64,000 bases of DNA from positions 2,790,001 through 2,854,000 of the forward strand of contig CP110439.1 of assembly GCA_026914245.1 (NCBI GenBank), given 5' to 3'. A program made the translations under genes and the position numbers. Below, piece after piece: positions 38,558 to 50,044 of the stretch (position 1 is the first letter of the stretch; every line of letters begins with the position of its first letter). Under the pieces are notes generated by a model, which made no database searches, was not told the DNA's origin, and saw nothing but the letters and a program-made list of their open reading frames with translations. The DNA comes from Puccinia triticina. Taxonomy: Eukaryota.

Positions 38558-40479
38558 CTATTCCTTTTACTCGCTCTACAACATTGAATCAAAAGATTCA
38601 AATATTCATCCAGTTCTTCCGTGGTAAGATACAACCCAATAAAAGTGTATCAAAACCTCTGAAACATCAAAAGAAATTTGGGCTCCCCTTTCCAAGATTT
38701 AAAAAAAAAACTGTACATGTCACAACACATTGATTACTTCCAATGTTGTCCAAACCACACACAACCCACAACCAGTCACCCAATTTCAGCAAGCTGAAAT
38801 ACCATCACCTGCTGTTCCTTCCTGTCAAGAAGGATGAAAAACAGTTAGAGAAATACCCTAAGCATGCCACAAAGGCAAGATGCAAAAAGGGAGGACCCAC
38901 AATATGAATCCCTCAAACTGTGCAAGTGCTTCAGCAAAGGGGGCAACTCTTGGCTGGAATTCCAGCAAAAATAGCTACCTGGCCTCCCACTACTTGATAG
39001 CACACTTGAATTATAGCCCTCAAGGCCCCCACACAAATAACCCACCTCCCCCAACTACTACACTCATTGAAAACCAAACACAGAAGAAAACTACACCCTC
39101 AGTGCCACACCCATTGTCACTATCCATATCAAAGCAACCATTGGCGCAGGGGCCGCCCTTGCAAACATTCATTCTTCAAATGTAAGCTCACCATACATCT
39201 ACAAGGTGTGATCCACAAGTTGTCCCCGGTTGCAAAGCATTCCACATGCTTTTGTCTGAGCATTCTGACATCACCACGCAAATGTGCTGCAAGTTCAGCC
39301 TCACGTGCATTTCCCGCCGTGCTACTGCCAAGTGGGCATTTCACCGACCTATGACTATGTGTACCACCACACCGCTAGTTTATGAGAAGAAATGAAGACC
39401 TAGAAGTTATATTTCATTAAACTTGGGTTCCTCAGTCTAATTAAAAGTTTTCTACAAAGAGAAAATAAATAATTCCTCTATTTTCTGTCTCAAGGTGATG
39501 GGGAATTAACAACTTAGTCAGAGTTGTATTGCTCCTTTTTGACCTACAAGCTTATATGAAAAAACATCACTGTACCATTGACTTTATCTGTAGTAGCAGA
39601 ATTGCCAGTCAGCTGCTTGTCTCTTGTTGATCTTATTCAGCCTAAGAATTCATCACTCATCAATTTACCTTCCTTTTAGGAAGGTAGGTTGCATGATTTG
39701 ATTCTTATCCAAGAGAGAAAAGTCTACAAAGAGAAGGTCAAGCTTTAGCATTGACTTGTTTCTTATTTAATCAGATATTGTACTCACGTATGGTGTCTAT
39801 CTGTTATTCTTTCCAGTAAAAAACCTTAAGCAGGATTTTCCTTGAGTTGGGTCTTGAGGATATTGAGTTCTGTACCCTTACCATGCTCTGTGTTGTGGAG
39901 TGTGAGGAGTGTGCAAACTTCAAACCTGGAGTGTCCAGGGAGAAAAGAGGAGGAACTGGGGTAGCAAATAATACTATGCCTTTTGGCCATCGTCCGCAGC
40001 TTCAATACTCTGCAGCTGATTGAGATTGTGGCAGCTGCCTCACTTTGTCAGAATAACACCAGTTACCTAGGTCTGCATTGTTACAGTTTAGCATTTTGTA
40101 GTTCACAGCAAGATGCTGTTAGAAGTAACTCCACTGCAGTCCACCACACTACACCAACAGCATCATCCACTTTTTCATTGGTTGAATAGCACTGCTAGCA
40201 CCAACAGAGGCCCCTTTACTTTGATTTGAGGGGAGCCAATTAGTTGTAGTAGGCATTCACTTACCCCACCCAAAACAAAGGAAATGTGTGCACATTACCT
40301 TCAGTTTGGGTTTGGTGTAACAGGAAACCCCATTGACAAGAGTGTGGCACTGCTATACTCTGCTGCACTAGGCTAAACTACTGAATGAAAGTAGTTTAGC
40401 AGCCCACCATTGCTAGTATATATGAATTTAATCAAATGGGGCTTAGGGTATATAAATGAAATCAAAGGGGGCTTAGGGG

Positions 40480-40767
40480 CAATGGTGAAACTGATACTTT
40501 ACATGTATTGTGTATTGTGTGTTATTGTATTGAAATGCATGTGTTTTTTGTGTATCTGTTTTCCAATACAATACACATTGTTTTTGAAAAGTGTATGGGA
40601 CTGCCCTATACACTTTATTTCACTGTGTATTGGTGAAAATACCTGTGTATTGTATCTGTATTGTATTGCATTTTGACATATTTAGCTTCCAATACAATAC
40701 ACAGTTTTGGAAAACTGTGTATTGCCAATACAGATACAATACATCTATTGTATCGGTTTTGCCGTTG
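40480..40767. mobile_element. MITE rich in TGTAT/ATACA motifs, 7-bp TSD
   Basis: CAATGGTGAAACTGATAC / GTATCGGTTTTGCCGTTG with perfect TTAGGGG on both sides. Confidence 0.85.
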
Positions 40768-41152
40768 TTAGGGGTTCTTAAGTTGATGTACTCAAGGGCC
40801 AAAGTTGCACATTTTTTGAGGGTGCGGGTAAGTCAATATGTGGTGAGGGCCACTGCAGTAAACTGTTAATCAGAGTATAAAAACACATTCAAAGCCAAAA
40901 TTATTGCTCTTGCTGCTTTCCCTCTTATGTGTAAGATGGGAAGGATTTTGCAGGATAGTTGTCTGCTTGAGCTCAGGCTGCAAATTATCCAGGATATTCT
41001 ATATAGTTCTGGTTCGCTCACAATAACGTTGATGATCAACCCTTCCCTCAAGATCCGAAGACATTGAAAGACAAAACTAGGTTTATTATGGGCTATGGAA
41101 CTAAGGATGAGGCATGGGACAGGCATTTGAACCCAAAAGTTTGGCAGATGAT

Positions 41153-42153
41153 TCAAGCAGGTTTATGATTATTCTCAGCTTCTTTGGCGCGACGTTCCTT
41201 GCGTCGCTTGACGTCCCAATTGAAGACCCGAGCGATGTTGACTTGGGTGGTGGTGATCTGGTTTCTCAGATAAGCCTGTTCTTCTGAGACTTCTTCTAGC
41301 TTTAACTTGGCCGACTCGATCTTGTTCTTCAGTAGTTCACGTGCCTCTGATAGTGGGTATGCGAGCATGGTGTTTGCCTGGAAACGAGATAGGGGGACTA
41401 AGATCAGCCAAAAGATAGACGAAAAGAATAAATCAACGAAATCCTGCTGACGCCAAGCCATAGGTACACTTCTTCAACGGGCTCGACAACTGCACTAGTA
41501 TACACTGTATCCGCCAATTCGAAGTGAGTTTCTAACGATTCATTAGCTTCCTGTAAGCGGTCACGAAATAAGGTTAAAAGCGCATTTCCAAGAACCTAAG
41601 TGATCCCTCAACTATCGGAAACCATCAACTTGTAATGATGGATACATACCTTTTTCAGTTGTAACAGCTCTACGGCTTCTAATGTCCGCTCCAATTCCGG
41701 AATCTTCTCTTCAAATCCCAGCTGTTTCTGTAACGTACTCTTTTCCATAAATTGGTACTTTCTGAACTCGGAAAGGCGGACATAAATTCACGGACAGGAA
41801 TTGGTGAATTTTACGCGTGCGAGAGAGAGAGAGAGAGAACCGTGAAAATTACGGATGATAGACTCACATACCCAATCATCTGTTGCCAAGCCTGTAGAGC
41901 AGGTTCGATCTCAGCATCCGGTCCACCCAAGTAATCCTCGACATTATCCTGTTTGATTTTTCGAGCCCATCAATGACTGACCTATGAGTTATATACGGGG
42001 GATGAATGGGGTTGGAGATCTAGTTCTGAGAGATGAAAGAGAGAGACAGAAAAAACTGTTACAAGTCGAAGGAATGCTGACGATGAAGAGAGCCTCGGGG
42101 ATACCTCTTGGGCCAACTTGAGTGGTGGTGACAATGTTCGGCTGTTGACTCAT
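41153..42153 (-). CDS. PAC10: Prefoldin subunit 3 (Pac10/Gim2/VBP1 orthologue), 5 exons
   Basis: Spliced peptide MSQQPNIVTTTQVGPRGIPEALFI / DNVEDYLGG..WQQMIG / KYQFMEK..EKIPELERTLE / LETHFELADTVY..VYLWLG / ANTMLAYPLSEARELL..LRNQITTTQVNIARVFNWDVKRR. All introns GT-AG. Confidence 0.95.
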
Positions 42154-42567
42154 CCCGGGAGTGATGGTGTGAGGGTATCTGAGTTATTTGTGCCTTGAGA
42201 GATGAGTCTTCTTGGGTTGCTGATTTGGTTTGATAGCTGGTGGTGGTGCCATCAAGTCACCCCCAGCTCTGAGTTTCGATCGTCGCCACAATTCTAAGGC
42301 GGGCGGATGTCAGAAACATACTATTTCAGGTTCATATTGAATAAAATCTAGTTCATGCCACGTTTAAGCCCTATCCACTGACCCTTGCCTTGATCCAGGG
42401 AAAGAAGTCTCGATCAATTCCCATTGGCATCACAGGACACAACGGCAGGCATCAGCGCATTCCGACGTACCCACTGGTACAGAAAATCTTTTTCGAACAG
42501 TCCCTTCGATCCATCCAAGCAAGCCTTCGCCAACCCGCGCTACTTCTGTCGCGTACGAACATTCAAG

Positions 42568-44261
42568 ATGGCCTCGGAAAACGTGTCTTCTGGAGAGGTC
42601 AAGAAGCCTCGGCTCGAGTCACCTCTGATCGGAACTCATAGTGGCACCTTCCATGCTGATGAAGCATTGGCTGTCAGCTTGTTAAGAAGCTTGGATAAAT
42701 TCAAATCATCTCGTCTGTCTCTCTTCTTTCTGTCGATCTATCATATATAATTATTTTTGCGGCGATTGAAATAAACGCTTGACGGATGAAAGTGACATGA
42801 TTGAATTTCGTCTTCTGATACATAGGTTTGGTGAGAACCAGAGATCCCGCCGTGCTTGAAACTTGCGATATCGTTGTTGATGTAGGTGGACAATATGACC
42901 CAGCGCGTCATCGCTACGATCACCATCAACGCGAGTTCTCAGAGACCTATTCAGGAGACCATCGCACAAAGCTTTCCTCCGCTGGTCTGATTTACAAGTA
43001 AGCAGACCTTTTCCTGAAGCTTAAGGTGGCTTCGTTTTTGTTTCTCTTCCTAATATGAATAGATTTCAAGGTGGATGATCACTTACGCAACTTTCTTATT
43101 TTCTCCTCATAGACATTTCGCGTCAGAAATCGTGGCCAGTCATTTGAACATTCCCATCAATGACCCCACAGTTCCAATTCTCGTCGCGAAACTGTACGAT
43201 GGTTTCATTGAAGCGATCGACGCGATTGACAATGTGAGGTTTGAAGACTATTTTGCAGAGTTCCATCTTGCTTAATTTTATGGCATGTTTGTTAGGGCAT
43301 AGAACGGTACGAAACTGTTGACCAGGACGGCAAACCTACCAATCTAACCGTCAAAACCAGATACCAATCTTCTACCGACTTGAGCAGTCGCATAAGTCAT
43401 GTAATATACCCTGCCGTTCTAGTCGTTTCTTTGACAAACGATTTCCATCTTCCAGTGTTTGCTTACTTGATATACATTACCTCCCCTGGTTGTCTGGCTG
43501 AAATAGCTGAACCCCGCGTGGAATGAGCCGGTCAACAACGCAATTCTAGATGTCAGTTGAATTATTCTTTGTATCATTCAACCAGATCAAGATATGCGAA
43601 CTCCGATTGGCCTTCAATCACGCTTGACCAGGTCCTGCAGTGAAAACGCAAAAGTTTATCCACACTAGCGATCCTAACTCGATCACGCTTTTCTTTCTTT
43701 CCTTGCAGGCTCAATTCGAAAAAGCCTCTAGTCTCGCAGGATCCGAATTCTTTTCTCGCTTAGATTATTTCTCCAAGGCTTGGTTACCTGGTCGAGAGCT
43801 GGTTGTTAAAGCTTTGGAGAACCGGTTTACTAATCAGGCCCAAGACAAACTGGGCAGAGTGCTCATCTTCGATAGCTTTTGCCCTTGGAAAGTACGTTTC
43901 TCATATGCCTCAAGAGTATGATGGTGTTCGCGCAGCACAATTTTGACTAGTTTTGTACCTTTTCTAGGATCACCTTCACACCTTGGAGAAGACCACCCTG
44001 ACAGAGTCCTGTGAGCGACCTCTGTATGTTCTTTACGCAGACGAGAGTCAAAACTGGAGGATCCAGGCCATCCCCGTGAGCCCGGGGGGATTTGAATCAC
44101 GTAAAGCACTGCCCGAAGCCTGGCGTGGGGTGCGGGATTCAGCTCTCAGTGAGCTCATCGACATCCCTGGCTGCATTTTCGTACACGCTTCCGGCTTTAT
44201 CGGCGGCCATCAAAACTTCGAGGGTGCCTTGAAAATGGCTCAAAAGGCGCTTGAAGCCTAG
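42568..44261 (+). CDS. MYG1: MYG1 family (UPF0160) RNA exonuclease / metal-dependent hydrolase, about 7 exons
   Basis: IGTHSGTFHADEALA, VRTRD..DIVVDVGGQYDPARHRYDHHQREF, TKLSSAGLIYKHF, FIEAIDAIDNG, CPWKDHL, FESRKALPEAWRGVRD and IFVHASGFIGG. Confidence 0.95.
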
Positions 44262-44930
44262 CCTAAACTACCTGGCCCCAAACTCTCCGGCATTCCTACG
44301 CACCTGAATATTGTCTTTTCCAAGAAGCTTTGGCAGAATCACAAAAAAAAAGTTTTCAAAACTCCTTTGCAAATCCCATATCTTTCATATATACTCGGAG
44401 TTTTCATTTGACAGGTGTCAGATATGGCTCAAGGCTAAATTTAAACAGAGCCATCATCCTTGAGCAGATGGTCTTGGAGTAGATTACAGGGAACACTGAG
44501 GTCATATTTGGAACCAGAGCTGCTCATTGACCCTCCCAACCATGGCACATGGTGATAGAGTGCTGCCCTCCGCCCAAATGGAGGGGCTAACTGAGCACCA
44601 GACTGTTACACAACCTGCAAGGGACAAGAGGGCTGTGGGATACTCCAGCCAGAAGTTGATCTAGAAATCAAAAATAAACCCTTACACCAAAACAAAACAA
44701 AAAATTGAAAAGGTTATCTTCTGTGTATCTTTTTTTGGCTTCATTCCAATCTTGACATAGCTTCCAACTTGGTGAGAAATGCAGTCATCACATTTCTTAT
44801 CACCGCTCATCTCATCCTCACTCCGGCCATTCACTAACCCATTCCTTTTTTCTTGAACTCAGTCTTCTTGTTGCAGATTGCTCTTTACTCCTTACTCTTC
44901 TATATCTTGTTTATTACCTATTATATTAGG

Positions 44931-45859
44931 CACCAGGAAAAAAAGTAGTCACTTGATGGCAAGTGACATGACACAGCTTTGTTTTCAGCTCCAACACTAC
45001 TCCAATGCTGCTCCTCTCCACCAGCACATCTAGGGCTCACATGACAGGTGTCAGGATCAAAGCACTCAATGTGAAAAAAACAGATTATGCTCAGCTGTGG
45101 CCCTGGCCCAGCTGATGCTCAGCTTTTACCCTGGCTCAGCTGATGCTCAGTTTTTGCCCTGGCCCAGCTGATGCTCAGCTTTGGAACCAGCCACCTGATG
45201 CTCATCTTTGGCCCTGGTACAGCTGATGCTCAGCCTTGGCCGTGGCTCAGCTGATGCTCAGCTTTGGCCCTAGCCTAGCTGATTTTCAGCTCTGGTCCTT
45301 TCCAAGCTGATTCCCATCTTTTTCCCTGGTCTGGCTCAGCTGATACTCAGCAATCTGGGAATCAACTGGCCAGCTGGCCCATGAATGGGTCAAAGCTGAT
45401 CATCAGCTGGGACAGGACTAGGAAAAGGCTGAGAAAGGACTTGTAAAAAGCTGAGCATCAGCTGCGCAAGTACTAGTACAAAGCTGAGCATCAGCTGCGC
45501 AAGTACTAGTACAAAGCTGAGCATCACCTGGGCAAGGAATGGTCAAAAGTCTTTATTCCAATTCTGAGAGCAAGCTGTGTGAAAAAGCTGAGTATGAGCT
45601 GGGCAAAAAAGCTGAGTATGATGTGGGCAAAAAAGCTGAGTATGAGCTGGGTACCAAAGCTGAGTATCAGCTGGATAGAACTGAGGATAATTTGAGCACA
45701 TCAAAAACTGAAAAGGACCTCCTTGGTAAATTTTGGAAGGTGAGGAAATTGTTGGGAGATTGGGGTAGATAGTGGATAGATATTGGATAGATGGTGGGTA
45801 GCTGGCTGGAGCTGGTGTGATGTCACTTGTCATCAACTGCCTATTTTATTTTCCTGGTG
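44931..45859. mobile_element. Non-autonomous CACTA-type element with inverted 21-bp tandem arrays
   Basis: TIR CACCAGGAAAA / TTTTCCTGGTG and 3-bp TSD AGG. Interior CAGCTGATGCTCAGCTTT units run forward and then inverted. Confidence 0.82.
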
Positions 45860-46235
45860 AGGGTTTCTTATTTCTTTCTTATCAATATCCTTCTTCTTGC
45901 CAACAACCAATCATCAGTATCTCATCCCTTAGTCTTGCTCCTCTAGTCCTCTAGTTTTCACTATTCAGTTGTCCTTGTTCTAACAATCAGATACACTTCT
46001 AGGGTTTGTTTCATTCTTTTATCATTGTTCTCTTTTATTCTTGTTTCTCATGATTCTTACTTCTTGTTTTTCAGTTCCTGTTCTTTTTTTTAACAGCAAT
46101 TCTGTCATAGTTTCAATAATAGGGTCCAATGGTGGGCATTGTTGATATGCATGAGACAAGTGTGAGTCTTGTTGTGTTTATCTTTGTTGTTGCCCAAGTG
46201 CGCCCGCAAGCGCCAGTAAACTAGTATCCAAATAA

Positions 46236-46395
46236 GGCCCTGTTTGGCTGCCGCGTTATACGACATAAATGGTCAAATTTATGATGCGCAACCCCTGGGG
46301 GTTTCAAAGCTTTGGTGGAAACGGGGGCAAAATTTGGGTTGCGGCGTCATAAATTTGACCATTTATGTTGTATAACGCGGCAGCCAAACTGGGCC
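46236..46395. mobile_element. Tourist MITE
   Basis: GGCCCTGTTTGGCTGCCGCGTTATA and its inverse, with TAA TSD. Confidence 0.88.
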
Positions 46396-48125
46396 TAAGT
46401 GTGAATCCCCATAAGTGTGTGCCCAACTGGGATTCAGTCATGTGTGGACCCCTTGCAAGTACAAGTTTTCATTCTTGGCTGGGTGTTTTCCCTGGTTGTG
46501 GTGCTCAAGTGAGCATAAACCACGTGAATATTCCATGTGTGGATTGCTCTCAAGCAGGAATACTGGGTGGACACGGAATACACAGCTAACAGGCCTGTGG
46601 GCTATAATAGACCCCAAACCTCTGTGTAAAGGGAGGGTTTGGCAGATTATTATAAAAGATTACTACGCCTGTCTACCTTGTTTGATACAAACAACTGGGT
46701 CTTTTATCTGTTCAAATATCTACTTCCTGATTTTTCTCAGTACTCTCCTCACTCCGCCTTTGCATCCAACTCTGACTCAACTCCCTTTTCCATTCTCACC
46801 ACTTGCTACCCTTTGAGGTAAACTAGAGTTTTCATTTTATGAACCTACTTGTCAGAATTCTGGCTCATCTTCTTTGCTCACAGTCTTCCTCTTTTCCATT
46901 ACTGATTAGTGATGCCCAAAACCCCCCCTTTTTTAATATATCATTTACATCACAATGTGTGATGTATTCTTTATTTCCATCAATTATTTATTGATGCTTT
47001 CCATCACAAGATTGTGATGTTTAGTTTCTCTTTCCATTGTTAAGTTAAAATTCCTTTCACATGTTACTGTTTCTTTAACCTGTGTCTATCTCTCCTTCCA
47101 TCTCATGTGAAATGTCTTTTTTGTTTGCTTTGTCACTTAGGACCCCTTTGGATCTTGCAAGGGGGCTCTCTAGTTGTGACTAAATAGTTCCTCTGCTTGG
47201 ATTTGAAATCAAATCATCAATTCATAGCTCTAACTACCCAGATCTACCTTTGCTCCTTGGTCCAATTGCAAGACCCCTCAAGATTGAAACTCTCACCTCA
47301 TCAAACCCCTTTCACTGAATGAAATTCTCTCACTACTTAGGTTTGGGTACCTGTCAGCCTCAAGCCATGAATTAGACACTTCACTGCGCCAAGAGGCTAC
47401 TTCAGTAACCCCTGCACAGAAGGTAAGCGCCTTACTGCGCCATAAAGAGCGCAAACCAGAGCGTGTTCAGGAACGTAAAATAAAGACTAGCCAAGTACAT
47501 GCTAGTGTAAGAAAGTCCGCAACAAGTAGCAGACTCTCAACTCAAAGCAGAAATGCTATTCCCTATTAAGGAATTAGCATCCCTCATGAATATAGCTATT
47601 CCCTACAGGAATATTTATCCAAGCGCAACACACACAAAACCAAGCGGTTAAAAACCAGGGGACCTTGCTACAAAGAGATCCCCTAGATTTTGATAGCCTT
47701 TTGATTACAGGATTCAATAATACCCTTGCCTACCAAGTCCAAGCAATTACAACACTAGGTCATGATTGGGGCCTTTATATCTTTCTCCTTTACTCTACTC
47801 TTCCTCATCTCTTCCCCATCTCATTATTCTTTGATCCCTTTTCATCCAAACTCCTGCGCAATCCATCTCTACTAAGTAGTTTGAGCATTTCTTAGTCTTT
47901 ACTAGTTTACTACTGCCTACCGCCTGCTTGATTTTGATATTCAGAGCTAGTCACAGAAGAGACTACCCCTGACAGCACAACATGCTCTACCAGCCCCTCC
48001 ATAAGAGGCACAGATTTCTCCTCCTGCTCTGTAGTTGAGTTGAATGTGTTTTTCCTATTCAGGAACTCATCACCTGTTCAGTCTATTCAGGGTGTTGCCA
48101 CTCTAGAGACGCACCCTGACAGAAT

Positions 48126-48298
48126 TGATGGAATATGTGCTTCATGCCCAATATTTGTGGCTGAGCCTTATCATTGTATGATTCAACAGTTACCTGTAAG
48201 ACCAATGTGTGTTTAGCTCAGTGGTATTAGAGCAGCTCTCATGAACGTAGAAGGTTGTGGGTTCAAACTTCAAATCCCACAACACACAATTATTTTCA
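48126..48298 (+). mobile_element. tRNA-containing LTR-like sequence (relative of 56571-56732)
   Basis: TGATGGAATATGTGCTTCA start and GTGTTTAGCTCAGTGG...GGTTCAAA..TCCCACAACACACA. Right end and TSD unclear. Confidence 0.6.
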
Positions 48299-48592
48299 AT
48301 TCATTGAGCACGTGCATCCCACTTCTGCATGATATCGGGGACCCAAGCACCATTGCTGAACTAACTGCGGGGACACCTCTGGTGCAGGTGAGGTTTGGAA
48401 CCACCAGCTGCAGAGGTTTTTGTGGGGGAACCCGCAGGGATACCCTAGCCAGGAAAAATATACTCCCCAGTTCCAAAATATCAAATAAAATCCTGCCTTC
48501 TAAGCCTTGCCTGGGCGCGCTGCGCTTGTGCCCCTTGAGCGGGTCTTCTAGGCGCGCATTTTCTCAAAGGTGGCACCGTCAATCCTAAAACC

Positions 48593-50044
48593 TAGAGAAT
48601 TTCAACTGGCACCTGCGGGCGGGTACCGCACGCACCTGCCAGGCAGTGCCAGGTGCCCGTTTTTTTGAAAAAAGTGGTGCGGTACCGGTGTGAGAATGAA
48701 AGCTGGTTAGTTGGTGGAAATGTCCTCTGACCGCCTCCTTCAAGAATATTAGTGTACGGGCTGTGTGGTTGTTGGTAACTCGGCTCCGCACTGCTACTTT
48801 CCGCTAGCCTTCAGCACTCCTCTCCTGAGCCTGATCTATAGCGTAATAATCCGCAAGTGAATAAAGCTCCGCACTCCGTAAGCACAAAATCCGCAAGTAA
48901 CTCTCAAAGTAAATATAAGATCCCAGATAATCTCCTAATAACTCTAGTACGTTTGTAGTTGTAAGTACAATGATGAGTAATCCGTAAGAATGATAGGATA
49001 ATTGGATTATAGGATCCCCCCTTCCCTGTCCTTCCCTCCACACACATTGCAGTTCCCACCCAATCCCGCACGTCTGACACTTTCCCATACTAGTCCTCCA
49101 GCTCCGCCTGCTATCCCGCTTGTCACTTTCCCAGACTCCGCTCCTCTCCGACGCTTGACCTCCCACCGTCCTCTGTCTAGCCCCCGTCAGTTGGTCTCTC
49201 GCCACCGCCTCCACCCTGGTTCCACCCGCTGGTGGAACCCTCTTTGGCTGTCGTGACTCACCTGCTGCTACCAGTCCACGTGTGTAGCCCCACCGCCGTC
49301 CAGCCCTGTCTTTTCCACTCCGATCCAAATACCTGATCCAAAATCCGCGGTCCGGAATCCGTGCATTCCAATCCGCGTGTGACTTTCCGTAAGCTTTCTT
49401 AGCGTGCTTTCCTGACATCATCCTCAGTGCTTATGTCACCGGAATGCATTCTGCCTGAGCGGCTTTGTGCATTCCCGCCTGTGCTATCCCCTTGTGGACA
49501 TTCTACCGCGCTTGCCTATATAAATCACCACACCAGGTACCACCCCCAAGTCCCGCTTTCCCCCGCCGGTTTAATTGGGTAACCCTCAGACCACTTTGAG
49601 CTGCCCCCAATGACTGACAATAGACCGGTCATTGGCCAGGACCGGCCATTGAGGACAGTCCCTGGTGCAATCATCAAGGGGAGTTGTTACTCCCCTCAAT
49701 GACAAGTGCGTGCTGGTTGTTGGGGGAGCGCCCTCAATGACCATGACCAACCTGTTTGATGACCGGAACAGGTTGGTCATTGAGAGGTCCTCCCCTCAAT
49801 GACCAACCTGTTCCGGTCATTGAGGGGAGGACCTCTTGATGACGTGTCCATTCCAGTCATCAAGGATACCTCTTGGTGACCTTTTTGATGAAAAAAAAGC
49901 TGGCGGGTACCGCTGGTACCCGCCTAATAGACCCGTGGTACCCACCAGGCGGTGCCAGATGCGGTGCTGGGTGCCTGTTTTTGGCAAAAACTGCGCGGGT
50001 ACTGGCTGTGTAAATGGTACCCAGGTATGTTTTGACATTCTCTA
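48593..50044. mobile_element. TIR element (possibly hAT-like) containing a solo LTR and an aged GATGACCGG array
   Basis: TAGAGAAT...ATTCTCTA ends, inverted GGTACC-rich subtermini, and an imperfect TAAAACC flank match. Confidence 0.55.
48689..49532. mobile_element. Solo LTR (family 2)
   Basis: TGTGAGAAT...TCACCACA with flanks CCGG/CCAG. Confidence 0.85.

Larger units (their letters stand above)
38226..38580 (+). mobile_element. Miniature non-autonomous LTR retrotransposon (TRIM) with tRNA-derived LTRs
   Basis: Identical 130-bp LTRs TGTAG...CTACA (38226-38355, 38451-38580), primer-binding site GGTTATGAGCCC at 38356, purine tract AGGGGG before the 3' LTR, and 5-bp TSD ACATT. Confidence 0.93.

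Noticed and set aside
39207..39371. Short TG..CA segment resembling the family-2 LTR end
   Set aside because: No TSD and weak similarity. At most a degraded fragment.
45539..45772. KKAEYELG repeat protein
   Set aside because: Translation of the 21-bp subterminal repeats of the CACTA-type element.
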